Part shown: piece after piece, positions 45,579 through 55,749 of the stretch
How the letters are laid out: each line of letters opens with the position of its first letter
How positions within the stretch are numbered: position 1 is the first letter of the stretch
Assembly: GCA_965217585.1 (NCBI GenBank)
Contig: OZ244561.1
Span: 6,208,001-6,272,000 of the forward strand
DNA: 64,000 nt
Direction: 5' to 3'
Origin: Candidatus Latescibacterota bacterium
GTDB lineage: Bacteria > Latescibacterota > UBA2968 > UBA8231
The notes under the pieces: model-generated
The model's input: only the letters and a program-made list of their open reading frames with translations
The model's database searches: none
Told to the model about the DNA's origin: nothing
Made by a program: the position numbers and the translations under genes

Positions 45579-48464
45579 TTAGAAAGCCTCATCGTCTTGC
45601 GCTGCTTGGGCTGCATTCATAATACGACCAAAGCTAGTAGCCCCATACCTTATAGTTAAGGAACTCTCAGAAGAGGAAAATGCCCCTGCTTCTACCGTAA
45701 TGGAAGAAAGAGGATCATGCCTCTCAAGATGATAATACTTGACTAATTCACGGTCGCCGTCTTCCAACGCCCGCAAAAAGTCGTCGTCGCGCTTCAAGAC
45801 ACTAGAGGACTTTAAATAGTCAAAAGTCTGGGCGATTCCAGATAGATCTCCTGATACTGACTCATTTACAATATGTCTGAGGTTCGCTCCGTACTTGCCG
45901 TCTAGGGACTTAACAACACGGTCAAAGTCACCTCGAACAGCCTGACCATACTTATCATTCTTATTAATTTTTCCTAACCCAGTGATTCTAAGTATTCCTA
46001 ACTCATCATGTACATAGACAAGATAAGAGTCAAACAGAGGATGAGGGTTCGGGGGATTATCAACGCTGTATACAGACAGAATTCCACCTATTACATTCGA
46101 GGGATCACCTAACTCTATACCTTGTAAGGGTCCCGCCTCAAGCGGAAGTCCAAAAGGAGAGGGTGCATTACTCATAACAACTCCTGTGGGTGGGTTAGTA
46201 GAACGTGAGTGCTCTACAGGGCCTTTGGGAGGGGAAGGAGGTTCAGAAGGTGGTTTGGAGGACGACGCGGGCGGTAAGTAGGTCGGACCGCTGCCAATGG
46301 GACGTAACTTGTCAAGCTCTCCACCCGGAACAACGCGACCTTGCTGTTTCATCTTGTGCAGAATACTTCGCAGAAGAGAGCGTGCTGGCAAGCGCTTGTC
46401 TAGGTGGGTCAGATTGGCAAGCACCACAAAGTGTTCCTGCGCTCTACTAACCGCGACGTTGATAAGACGCGCCCCAATATGGTCAGGCGGCACCCCCCGC
46501 ACGAACTGTCCCAGATTCCTATGTGCGCCGCTTTCGGGGATTTCCAACAGCACCATTCGACGTTCGTCCCCTTGAAAACGATGAACGGTTCCGCACTGCA
46601 CTAAGTTGTCGAGGCTATCCTCTTTGAGCAGCTTTTGGATCTGGCGCGCCTGCGCGGAATAAGGTGTGCAGATGCCGAGGTCGTGGTTGGTTTCTATCAC
46701 ACCATTCTGTCGAAGATACCACACAAAGTTCCTCACGAGCAATGCATGGAGTTTGTTGAAGCGTGAACCATTATTCTGGCTCTCGACCGGCCTAAGATCA
46801 GACGTGTCGATGATCGTGAGAGGCTTTTCAAACGGATTTGGTGGCAAACGACCGAGTACCTTTTTTCGTGTTGGGGAGGTCCTCAGTTTATCTTCGTACA
46901 TTGGCCCGGAGATAAGTCCACAGATCTCAGGGTGCATCCGATACTGTGTGGTCAGCATTGCCAGGCCGGGAGCATCGGGTTTTGTCCGTTCCGTTGCGGT
47001 GAAGGAATCGATCCCTAGCTCTTGGAAGATTGCCTCCTGTTCGGTCGTCACAATAGATGGTATCTGACGAAAATCGCCCGAGATTACCACTCGCTGGCTC
47101 GCCAGACCTGCCGAGAACCATACTGCCGGCCGGATAACCATTGACGCCTCGTCAACGATAACCAAGTCAAATTGGCCGATCTCTCCTGTGAGGTATGCTG
47201 TAGTGCAGGTCGCGCCAACGATCCTCGCATCCCTTAGCACTGTCTTCCGCAGTGCTGCGGTCTCCGCCTTTGTTTCGCGTATTTCGGCAACCAACTCATC
47301 GCGTTGCTGTTTGGCTTTGTCGATGCTGGCTTGCGCATTCGTCCTGTCTTCAACAGCCTTAGCGGATCGGCGATTATCGCGCGTTTGCCTCGCCTGTTCG
47401 AAGCGCTGGCAAGCCGTCGCATACTGCTCTTTCAACTTCTGGGTATAGGCATCATTCCGTGCGATCTCTGCTTCGAGTTGACTCTTTTTTCCCTCTAGCT
47501 CGGCTGAGCGCCGCTCTGCAATCTCGTCGATTGCCACATATTTGCCATATTTGGACTCCAGTTTGTCATCGGCGATTCGACCTAAACGGACAACTTTACC
47601 CCCTTCCATGGCAGGATGTTCATGGGTAAGTGCTTCGCAAATCTTATAAAGAACCTGATCTACGGCCTTGTTTGTGTTGGAGCATATCAGTGTTCGCTTC
47701 CCGCTGTTGAACGCCGAGTGCACAATCGCGCTTAACGTCATGGTTTTGCCACAACCGGGAGGACCCCAAATGAACGTTACTGCCTCTCTAAGTGCAGTAT
47801 AGTAGGCTGCACGCTGACTGTCGTCTAGTTCAGAACCGCCATTTGCTTGGATTGGATGAACTGGCCTGTTGGGCAAGACCCCTGGCTGGACCACCACGTC
47901 GGCGAGAGTGCGGTTGAGCGTGATTTCTCCTTTATTGACTGCTTCGATTTTCTCCTTGAGTGCCTCCAAAAGTGCGGTCTTATAAATCAGAAGCATGGCA
48001 GAGCGCACTTCGTCGCCGATATCCTCCTTCAGGGCCAAGACCAGATGGCCAGCTCCAATCGACACGATTGTTCCCTCAACCCGCCGCTGATCGACTTGAA
48101 TCTCGACTTGATCTTCCCGCTCTATCTCGACTTGGGCTTCCCGGTCCACCTTATCGGAAAAAAGAAAACGGTAGGAAATGTCGTCACCGGCTGTCTCGAT
48201 ACGACGGCCTTTCTTAAGCTCATAGCGTTTCTGACCCGCCCTACTTGTCTTCATTTCTCGGATTAGCTCTCCGAGTGCCGCAATGAAGCGATCGGGAAGA
48301 TCCGCATCGTCTAGGCGAATCTTGGGACGAGAAGAGACCTCAGATGGTGGCTTAGGAGGTGGCGCGGATGTCTGGCGCTTTTCTGGATTTATAGGCGGTT
48401 GGGCGGGCGTTCTCTCCTGCTGCGCTCGTTTAAGCGCTCGTTCATATGCATTCGGCAATGTCAT
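45579..48464 (-). CDS. SF1B (DNA2/NAM7-like, AAA_11/AAA_12) helicase fused to an unrelated C-terminal domain
   Basis: WGPPGCGKT, VDEASM, GDFRQI, QYRMHPEI, TPYSAQ, TVHRFQGDE and NVAVSRA; Pro-rich linker, then an AT-richer domain. Confidence 0.85.
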   Translation of the reverse strand: MTLPNAYERALKRAQQERTPAQPPINPEKRQTSAPPPKPPSEVSSRPKIRLDDADLPDRFIAALGELIREMKTSRAGQKRYELKKGRRIETAGDDISYRFLFSDKVDREAQVEIEREDQVEIQVDQRRVEGTIVSIGAGHLVLALKEDIGDEVRSAMLLIYKTALLEALKEKIEAVNKGEITLNRTLADVVVQPGVLPNRPVHPIQANGGSELDDSQRAAYYTALREAVTFIWGPPGCGKTMTLSAIVHSAFNSGKRTLICSNTNKAVDQVLYKICEALTHEHPAMEGGKVVRLGRIADDKLESKYGKYVAIDEIAERRSAELEGKKSQLEAEIARNDAYTQKLKEQYATACQRFEQARQTRDNRRSAKAVEDRTNAQASIDKAKQQRDELVAEIRETKAETAALRKTVLRDARIVGATCTTAYLTGEIGQFDLVIVDEASMVIRPAVWFSAGLASQRVVISGDFRQIPSIVTTEQEAIFQELGIDSFTATERTKPDAPGLAMLTTQYRMHPEICGLISGPMYEDKLRTSPTRKKVLGRLPPNPFEKPLTIIDTSDLRPVESQNNGSRFNKLHALLVRNFVWYLRQNGVIETNHDLGICTPYSAQARQIQKLLKEDSLDNLVQCGTVHRFQGDERRMVLLEIPESGAHRNLGQFVRGVPPDHIGARLINVAVSRAQEHFVVLANLTHLDKRLPARSLLRSILHKMKQQGRVVPGGELDKLRPIGSGPTYLPPASSSKPPSEPPSPPKGPVEHSRSTNPPTGVVMSNAPSPFGLPLEAGPLQGIELGDPSNVIGGILSVYSVDNPPNPHPLFDSYLVYVHDELGILRITGLGKINKNDKYGQAVRGDFDRVVKSLDGKYGANLRHIVNESVSGDLSGIAQTFDYLKSSSVLKRDDDFLRALEDGDRELVKYYHLERHDPLSSITVEAGAFSSSESSLTIRYGATSFGRIMNAAQAAQDDEAF

Positions 48465-48725
48465 ACTTGTCTCTTTTATGATCTTCTAGATAGGCTTCCC
48501 GCCAGCGTCTCTGGCTGATGGCCGCTCAAATTCGGCTCGCAAGCCGTCGAGAAACAGCGGATTAATATAACTTGATGTGGGCGGGTATCCAGTGGCCAAT
48601 CGAGCAGACGCCTAAAGGCGATGCGATTTTGCAGACCTACACGGTGCCACGGGATCGCCTATTCATAATGTGTCCATAGGCGGAGCACCTTGAGTTTTTT
48701 CTTTTTGTGCGGGTTATATCCGTTG

Positions 48726-50273
48726 TCACGCCCGCTCCACGTCAAACGCCGTGACATTGCGCTCGTCCTTGCTAAACTCCACGCCGATTAGGTAAATCGG
48801 CTGCTCCAAGGCGCGATACTTATCCGCATACCGCCGCTCCTGCAACTGCGCCATCGCCGCACCCGCTGACGCCATCTCGACCACCTTGAACTCAAACAGA
48901 TAGACATGGCTGTTGAATAGAACCGCCATGTCTAAGCGGCCGTGGCTACTGCTGTCCTCCACCGCGATGTTCAGTCCTAGCCCTGCGAAATAGGAGTAGA
49001 ACACGCTGGCGTAGTAGCCCTCGTAACGGGCGATGTCGTTGTTGGTGTACCATTCGTAGGGAATGCTAGCGAAAAAGGCGTGGAACAGCGTCTCCAGCCC
49101 GGCGAAGTCGTTGGCTTCCAACAGCCGATACAGTCGAACGCTGTTGGCCATCTGCCGAGTCGCATCCTGCACCAAGTAGCGCAACAGGCTCTCGTTGAGA
49201 CTCTGTAGCACCTCTTGGTTGGGATAGCCCAATTGATAGAGCCGCTTGCCCCCCAGATCTTCGGCACTCTTGATGGTCAGGTAGCCAGTCTGGAACAGCA
49301 GGGCCTCGGTCGCTATGTCATCCACGTCAAAGGTCGAGAGCAACTCGTCGCTGCCGATCATAGCGTCGAGTTCGAGGGAACTCACCTGCCGCTTGAACAG
49401 CGTTTCGACCAGAAACGTCGGCGTGCCGGTCTCAAACCAGTAGGCCCCGAAGGTGCGCTTGTCGAACAGCAGCAGAATGTCGAAGGGGTTGTACACCTTC
49501 TCGTCGCCGAGCCAACTGTAGCCATTGTACCAGTTGCGAATCTGATCCCGGTCCAAGCCGGAGAGTTCTGGCGCGAATACCGCGTCCAAGTCGCGCTCGG
49601 TATAGCCGCAGATAGCCGAGTAGCGCGGGTCTAAAGTGATGTCGGTGAGATTGTTGAGGCCGGAAAACAGGCGCACTTTGGAAAATTTGCTGACACCGGT
49701 GATGAATGTGAAGCGGACGTGCGCGTCGCAGTCCTTGATGACCGCATAGAGGCCGCGCAGAAAGTCGCGGTTGGCGCGGGCGATGTCCGGCACTTCCAGC
49801 GCATCGAGAATCGGCTTGTCGTATTCGTCGATTAGCACGGCGACCGGCTGCCCGGCTTGGTCGTGTAGGGCCTCCAGTAGAAAGGCAAAACGGCCGGGTG
49901 CCGTAGCGTACTCGGAGACAATCCCCGCCCGGCGTTCGGCCGCGGCGAGTTGCTCCATGAGCGTGGCTTCCACGTAGCCGGACTCTTTGAAGTTGCCGCT
50001 GCCAAAGCTGAGCCGCAGGACCGGATAGCGAATTGACCAATCCCAGTGGTCGTGGATGGCCAGCCCCGCAAACAGCGGCTCGTTGCCCTCGAACAACTCT
50101 TTCAAGGTGTCCAAGAATAGGCTCTTGCCGAAGCGACGCGGGCGCGACAGGAAGTAGTGCGTACCCTCGTCGAGCAGCCGGCGGATGTAGGTGGTCTTAT
50201 CGACGTAGTAGCAGTCCTCTTCCCGAATTTTGCGGAAGGTCTGAATGCCGATAGGCAGTCTGCGTTTGCTCAT
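48726..50273 (-). CDS. AAA-ATPase-like protein with C-terminal PD-(D/E)XK nuclease (PDDEXK_9 type)
   Basis: LPIGIQTF, YYVDKT, SRPRRFGKSL, LIDEYDKP, YNGY, YWFETGTP and GRLDM...FEFK. Confidence 0.92.
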   Translation of the reverse strand: MSKRRLPIGIQTFRKIREEDCYYVDKTTYIRRLLDEGTHYFLSRPRRFGKSLFLDTLKELFEGNEPLFAGLAIHDHWDWSIRYPVLRLSFGSGNFKESGYVEATLMEQLAAAERRAGIVSEYATAPGRFAFLLEALHDQAGQPVAVLIDEYDKPILDALEVPDIARANRDFLRGLYAVIKDCDAHVRFTFITGVSKFSKVRLFSGLNNLTDITLDPRYSAICGYTERDLDAVFAPELSGLDRDQIRNWYNGYSWLGDEKVYNPFDILLLFDKRTFGAYWFETGTPTFLVETLFKRQVSSLELDAMIGSDELLSTFDVDDIATEALLFQTGYLTIKSAEDLGGKRLYQLGYPNQEVLQSLNESLLRYLVQDATRQMANSVRLYRLLEANDFAGLETLFHAFFASIPYEWYTNNDIARYEGYYASVFYSYFAGLGLNIAVEDSSSHGRLDMAVLFNSHVYLFEFKVVEMASAGAAMAQLQERRYADKYRALEQPIYLIGVEFSKDERNVTAFDVERA

Positions 50274-50471
50274 GGCTGTCTCCTTGGCTTTTGGGTCGGG
50301 ACGTGGTTATCTGCTTGTGGCCACTTCCGCACGGACCCCTTCAGCACAGAGTTGCGCGATGGCTTTGGTAGGGCTGGCTAGGTCCTCGTATTATCTTAGG
50401 CATGGTCGGCGTTAGCGTGTTCAATATCGACGAGATTACAAAACAGCGTCAAGCCTAAGCAAGAGGAGAAG

Positions 50472-50837
50472 ATGTCGGCGCTTACTACAATGGGTAAAGT
50501 GCGCGGGGTGATCGTCTGCGCCGTATTAATCGGGGGATGTGCGCTGATCGCCACGCCGGCCACATCCCCGGAACCCTCGCCCAAAGCCGCGCAGCTTTTG
50601 GCCACCGGCGGCTATGTGGAGGCGCACCTGATGCGCCGCTTTGCCGAGGGGCATTTGTTGGTGCGGTTGCCGGACGGAGACGTCTGGTTGCTCGACCCCA
50701 AAGAGCATTGTTCGTGGTGCTGGATCTACGTCGGTAAGAAGGTATGGGTCAAGCTGGGCAAGCACTCGGGCACGCTCCTCAACCCCAAGGGCGAGACGGC
50801 CGAGTGTTGGAACGGCGGGCAGATGAGCAAGTACTAA
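50472..50837 (+). CDS. Hypothetical exported protein
   Basis: GAGGAG RBS and a signal-like N-terminus; no recognised domain. Confidence 0.55.
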   Translation: MSALTTMGKVRGVIVCAVLIGGCALIATPATSPEPSPKAAQLLATGGYVEAHLMRRFAEGHLLVRLPDGDVWLLDPKEHCSWCWIYVGKKVWVKLGKHSGTLLNPKGETAECWNGGQMSKY

Positions 50838-52406
50838 TCAGGCCTTGAACTTCAAGTAGCGGCCCGGCCAAGTCGGCCCCAAGTCTTCGACCGCGCATCC
50901 GTTGCGGACGATGGGAACCCCGTTGACGAGGACGTGCTCGACGCCGACCGAGTACTGGTGGGGATCGACGTAGGTGGCGCGATCCGCAACAGTGGCCGCA
51001 TCAAAGACGACCAAGTCCGCGTAGAATCCCTCGGCGATTTGTCCCCGTTGCGTCAGTCCAAACCGCGATGCCGGGTGGGCGCTCAGCTTGTACACGGCGT
51101 CTTCGAGCGAGAAGAGCTGGTGGTCGCGCACGCAAGGCCCCAACAGGCGCGCGGCCGATCCGTATAAACGCGGATGAACCGCGCCGTCGGGGAAGTAAAT
51201 CCCATCGCTGCCCATCATGTATTTGTCGTGCGACAGGAAGGGATGCACCAAGGCGTCGTCGCCGTGGTGGAAGACGAGCAGGACCGCCAAGTTTTCCTCG
51301 ATCAGCAGGTCGCAGAGGGCGTCGGCTGGGGCGTCGTCGGTCTGTTGGACGTATTCGTCTAAGGTGCGGCCGATAAAGCGGGCGTTGTCCCGCCCGGGCA
51401 GCCAGGCAATGGTCATCCGATCGAGGGGGTTGACGTAGCGGTCGAGGACGCGGGCGAAGCGACGGCGGACCGCGGGATCGTTGAGTTTGGGCAAGACGCC
51501 CAACGGGCCGTCCTCCCACACCTCATAGGGCAACATGAAATTGAGCATGGTCGAGCCGGGCAGATACGGGTACACATCGAAGCTGAAATCCACCTCGTTG
51601 ACCGCGACTTGATCCACGTACGACAGCAGTTCGTCGATTTGCTGGGGCGAGGTGCCCTTGAAGTGGGAAATGTGGACCGGGACGCCGGCACGCCGGCCGA
51701 TTTCGACGGCCTCCTGCACACCGGCGAGGGTGCCCTTTTTGTAGCGCACGTGGGTGGCGTAGAGGCCCTGTTGGGCGGCCATGGCGGTGCAGGCTTCGAC
51801 GAGTTCGTCGGTAGTGGCAAAGCATTCGGCGATGTAGTCGAGGCCGGTCGAAAGGCCGACCGCGCCTTCGGCCATGCCGCGCGCGACCCCGGCGAGAATC
51901 TCTTCCATCTGCACGTCGTCGGGGACGCGGCGGTCCCAGCCGCAGGCCATGGCCCGCAGGTGGGCGTAGGGGAGGTGGGTGATGGTGTTTTGCGCGGTGC
52001 GGCCGTCGAGTAGCTGCATGTAGTCGGCGAGGCTCTCCCAGCCTGAGTAGTGGCTTTGCATTAGGCCGTTGAGGGCGCGCATGTAGTAGAGCCAGTGGGC
52101 GCGGGTGGTGGCGTCAACCGGGGCGTAGGAGATACCGTCGGCCATGAGGACTTCGGTGGTAAAGCCTTGGAGGGTCTTGGGGAGGAAGTTGGGCTTTTGC
52201 AAGAGCCAGCCGTCGGAGTGGTTGTGGACATCGACAAAGCCCGGGGCGACGATTTTACCTCGGGCGTCGATGCTGTGCTGTGATTCGGTGTTGCCGAGGT
52301 CGCCGATGGCCGCGATGCGGTCGGCGCGCAGGCCGACATCGGCGGGATAGCGGTCGGCGCGGGTGCCGTCGATGATGGTGCCGTTGCGAATGATCAAGTC
52401 GAACAA
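50838..52406 (-). CDS. N-acyl-D-amino-acid deacylase (D-aminoacylase) family
   Basis: FDLIIRNGTIIDGT, APGFVDVHNHSD, GLSTGLDY, HISH, GSDG...HPRLYG and ADLVVFD. TTG start with AGGAG RBS. Confidence 0.9.
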   Translation of the reverse strand: MFDLIIRNGTIIDGTRADRYPADVGLRADRIAAIGDLGNTESQHSIDARGKIVAPGFVDVHNHSDGWLLQKPNFLPKTLQGFTTEVLMADGISYAPVDATTRAHWLYYMRALNGLMQSHYSGWESLADYMQLLDGRTAQNTITHLPYAHLRAMACGWDRRVPDDVQMEEILAGVARGMAEGAVGLSTGLDYIAECFATTDELVEACTAMAAQQGLYATHVRYKKGTLAGVQEAVEIGRRAGVPVHISHFKGTSPQQIDELLSYVDQVAVNEVDFSFDVYPYLPGSTMLNFMLPYEVWEDGPLGVLPKLNDPAVRRRFARVLDRYVNPLDRMTIAWLPGRDNARFIGRTLDEYVQQTDDAPADALCDLLIEENLAVLLVFHHGDDALVHPFLSHDKYMMGSDGIYFPDGAVHPRLYGSAARLLGPCVRDHQLFSLEDAVYKLSAHPASRFGLTQRGQIAEGFYADLVVFDAATVADRATYVDPHQYSVGVEHVLVNGVPIVRNGCAVEDLGPTWPGRYLKFKA

Positions 52407-52554
52407 GGTAAGTGTCTCCTGTGAGCCGCAGTGTGAAGAAAGGTAGCCGGTCAATCTAGGCGGCTGGACGCGGCCTCGCAAGCGGCGCATCGCTGGACGG
52501 GCGCGGCCCTTTTTAGCATTTTATCGCGACCCATTTCACCGAAAGGAACCCTTC

Positions 52555-53379
52555 ATGCGCATCATCGACCCTCATGTCCACGTATGGATTAACGATCCGG
52601 CCTTTCCTTGGCCGGTGGAAAACCCCAACCCGCCTGCCGAAGACCATACGGCGGAAGATCTACTGGCGCTGATGGACGCCAACGGGGTGGAAAAAACCGT
52701 GCTGGTGCAGGTCATCCACTACCGCTGGGACAACAGCTACGTCGCCCACGTCATCAAGCAATATCCCGACCGCTTCATGGCCGTGGGACGGATCAATCCC
52801 GAAGACCCGGCCTCGCCCGACCACATGTCGATGTGGACCGAGGAACACGGCCTGCACGGGATGCGGCTCTCGCCGTCGCAGGATGCGGCGGGCGATTGGT
52901 TCAAGGGGCCGGGGATGGACCCGATTTTCGCCCGCGCTCAGGATTTGGGGATCCCGATGTTGATCTTGACCGGGGCGAGTCGGCTGCCGGATTTGGCGCG
53001 GATTCTCGATCGCTACCCGGATGTGGATTGCTGCATTGACCACATGGCCAGCGCTCATCCCGACAACCCGGAGGCGCGGCAATTGCTGATGGATATGGCC
53101 CGTTACCCCCGCGTGTACGTCAAGATCAGCCATACTTGGTCGCTGTCCGAGCAGGGCTATCCCTGGGCCGATACGCATGAGATGGTCGAGGAAGTGTATC
53201 AGACCTTCGGGCCGCAGCGCATCATGTGGGGCACGGATTGGCCGGTGTGCCTGTCGCAGGCCGAATATTCCCAGCCCCTGACGGTGGTGCGCGACGAGAT
53301 GAAGTTCATCGCGCCGGAGGACCTGGAGTGGGTGCTGGGTAAGACGGTGTTGAAGCTGTGGCCATTCGGAGAGGCATAA
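52555..53379 (+). CDS. Amidohydrolase_2 family protein (lactonase-like)
   Basis: IIDPHVHVW, IDHMA, VKIS and RIMWGTDWPV. Confidence 0.9.
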   Translation: MRIIDPHVHVWINDPAFPWPVENPNPPAEDHTAEDLLALMDANGVEKTVLVQVIHYRWDNSYVAHVIKQYPDRFMAVGRINPEDPASPDHMSMWTEEHGLHGMRLSPSQDAAGDWFKGPGMDPIFARAQDLGIPMLILTGASRLPDLARILDRYPDVDCCIDHMASAHPDNPEARQLLMDMARYPRVYVKISHTWSLSEQGYPWADTHEMVEEVYQTFGPQRIMWGTDWPVCLSQAEYSQPLTVVRDEMKFIAPEDLEWVLGKTVLKLWPFGEA

Positions 53380-53380
53380 G

Positions 53381-54247
53381 ATGCTGAACATCGGCATTGT
53401 TGGGGCGGAAAACAGCCACACAGCCGCCATCGCCAAGGTGCTCAACGTCGAAAAAAGAGTGCGAGGGGTACGGGTGTCTCACGTGTGGGGCGAGACCGCC
53501 CAATACGCGCAGGCCGCTGCCGCCGCCGGTCAAATCCCGCACATTGTCCGCACGCCTGCAGAGCTGATCGGCCAAGTCGATGCGGCGGTGGTCGATCACC
53601 GCCACGGCAAGGAGCACCTGCCGGCGGCTTGGCCGCTGCTGGAGGCCAAGATTCCGCTTTTTATCGACAAGCCGTTCTGCTACCGCCGGGCCGAGGGGAA
53701 GCGCTTTTTGGCACGGGCCGAGGAGTTGGGCGTGCCAGTCTGCTCTTTTTCGACGTTGCCCAAACAGGCTTCGTACCGGGACTTTGCCAAAAAGATGCGT
53801 CAGCTCGGCCCCATTCAGGCCGTGGTCTCTACTGGCCCCTGCGACATCAAGTCGAAATGGGGCGGGGTCTTTTTTTATGGCATTCACCAAGTGGATATGG
53901 TGCTGCGCCTGCTCGGCACGGATATACGCTGGGCCGAAATCCATCGCGGGGCTGGGGCCAACCACACGGCTACTCTCACGTACCGCGACGGCTGCGTCGC
54001 TACCCTGAATTTGGTGGGGGGCGCTACGCCAGGTTTCCATCTGAGCGCCATCGGCGAAAAGGGCCGCATCGACGAGCCGATCACGCCCGACGAAAGCCAG
54101 TATCTGAGCGGCGTCCGCGATTTTTGCGCCATGTTCCGCACGGGCAAAACCGACGAGACCGCGCAGACCATGCTGGGGCCGGTGGCAGTGCTGGAGGCGC
54201 TGGAGAAGTCCCTAATAAAAAAGAGCCGGGTGCGAGTGCAGCTATGA
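53381..54247 (+). CDS. Gfo/Idh/MocA oxidoreductase
   Basis: IGIVGAENSH, LFIDKPF and FYGIH. Confidence 0.85.
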   Translation: MLNIGIVGAENSHTAAIAKVLNVEKRVRGVRVSHVWGETAQYAQAAAAAGQIPHIVRTPAELIGQVDAAVVDHRHGKEHLPAAWPLLEAKIPLFIDKPFCYRRAEGKRFLARAEELGVPVCSFSTLPKQASYRDFAKKMRQLGPIQAVVSTGPCDIKSKWGGVFFYGIHQVDMVLRLLGTDIRWAEIHRGAGANHTATLTYRDGCVATLNLVGGATPGFHLSAIGEKGRIDEPITPDESQYLSGVRDFCAMFRTGKTDETAQTMLGPVAVLEALEKSLIKKSRVRVQL

Positions 54248-55389
54248 TCGAGAAAACCATTCGCAGATTGAAGATCGAAAACTTCAAGAGCATTGACTCT
54301 TTGGAGGTAAAGGGGCTTGCTCCCTTTTCGGTATTCGCGGGGGCGAATGGCTCGGGCAAGAGCAATTTCTTTGATGCGCTGGATTTTGTCAGTCTCTTTG
54401 TGCGCGGCGGGCTTGAAATCGCGCTGCGCGAGCATGGGGGCTTTGCAAATATCCATTCAAAGAAACGCGAGGGGGCAGATTCCAAAACGTTCAGCTTTGA
54501 GATCGAATGCGATCTTTTGGAACAGCAGGGAGTTTACTATTCGTTGAGCATTAACGACCTCGACAGCGAACCCGGAATCAAAGAATGCTTGGAGTTCAAT
54601 GAGGAACAAACTATCGAGGGGAAAGGGGATAAGGGAGAGATTGAGACCATAGGAGAACGGCCCGTTGTAAGTGAGGACCGTATCTATTATGAGGACCGTA
54701 TCTATTCGAATCTATCGCTTGAGCATCGAAATCATCCGCTTACCAAACTCCTGAGAAATTTGAACGTGTACCGGATTGAGCCTACGGGTGCAAAGGAGCC
54801 AGGTAGAGCTGACTTTGATTCAACGCAATTAGGGAGCAAGGGGCACAATCTGGCGAGTGTCTTACAGCGCTTAGAGAACGATCAGGAGATACGCGAAGAA
54901 ATTCAGGACTGGATGGAAATGATTGTCCCAGGGATCGAGAAGATCCAGATTGAACAGCAGAGACTGGATGGTAGAACAGCTCTACGATTCAAGGAGGAAG
55001 AGATCGAGAAACTGTTTCCAGCCCATCTGGTTTCAGACGGGACAATGTACGCGCTCTGTTTGCTGGTCGCCGTGCTCGACGCGCCTTCAGGTTGCGGCAT
55101 GACGTTGATTGAGGAGCCGGAAAGAGGGCTGCATCCCAAGGCCGTCCGCAAGTTGATAGATTTGATGCGGCAGCAGGCTTCGCTTGAAAATCCCATCTGG
55201 TTGACTACTCATAGCGAGTCAGTTGTTCGAGCGCTCAAACTTAGCGAACTCGTTCTCGTGGATAAGATTGACGGTCGCACTACAATGAAGTCGGCCGATG
55301 ACGGGAACATCTCCCAAGAGGATCTAGCGCCGTTGGGTCTCGACGAAGTGTGGCTCTCGAACCTGCTGGCCGGGGGAATTCCATGGTGA
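54244..55389 (+). CDS. ABC-type AAA_21 (AbiEii-like) ATPase
   Basis: IENFKSI, GANGSGKSN, VSDGT, IEEPERGLHP and TTHS. ATGA overlap with the upstream gene; AT-richer. Confidence 0.9.
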   Translation: MIEKTIRRLKIENFKSIDSLEVKGLAPFSVFAGANGSGKSNFFDALDFVSLFVRGGLEIALREHGGFANIHSKKREGADSKTFSFEIECDLLEQQGVYYSLSINDLDSEPGIKECLEFNEEQTIEGKGDKGEIETIGERPVVSEDRIYYEDRIYSNLSLEHRNHPLTKLLRNLNVYRIEPTGAKEPGRADFDSTQLGSKGHNLASVLQRLENDQEIREEIQDWMEMIVPGIEKIQIEQQRLDGRTALRFKEEEIEKLFPAHLVSDGTMYALCLLVAVLDAPSGCGMTLIEEPERGLHPKAVRKLIDLMRQQASLENPIWLTTHSESVVRALKLSELVLVDKIDGRTTMKSADDGNISQEDLAPLGLDEVWLSNLLAGGIPW

Positions 55390-55713
55390 CCGTGGGGTTC
55401 GTGGTGGAAGGGGAGTCAGAAACTCTGCTGGTCAAAAGCGAAGCGTTTCGGCAATGGCTACGTGAAGATTGCAACCTGGAAGTGGTTGATCCGGTGGTCG
55501 ATGCCTCTGGGAACGGTAATGTTAACCGGAATGCCTTGGGATCGGCTGAAGGAACTTCGCGACAAAAGAGGCAGAGGACCGGGGAGAGAACGACTCGTTT
55601 TTACCAGAAAATTCATTCGCGATCACAGGTTTGATGTCAGACGAGCAGCACAACACGCCCAGTGCCCTAGTGCCCGTTATTTTCTCGAACGGCTCTGTGC
55701 GTTGGGCAACTGA
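55383..55713 (+). pseudogene. Disrupted TOPRIM/DUF4276-like partner of the ATPase
   Basis: N-terminus MVTVGFVVEGESE (TOPRIM-like) is in one frame and the C-terminus ...AAQHAQCPSARYFLERL* in another. The DxD-containing middle appears to be missing. Confidence 0.65.
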
Positions 55714-55749
55714 CTATAACGTCAACAATACAAGGAGGAAGACAGTAGT

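Noticed and set aside
53485-54243. N-terminal 253 aa of the 634-aa ORF (apparent ATPase fusion)
   Set aside because: Alternate frame of the Gfo/Idh/MocA gene; the ATPase starts at ATG 54244.
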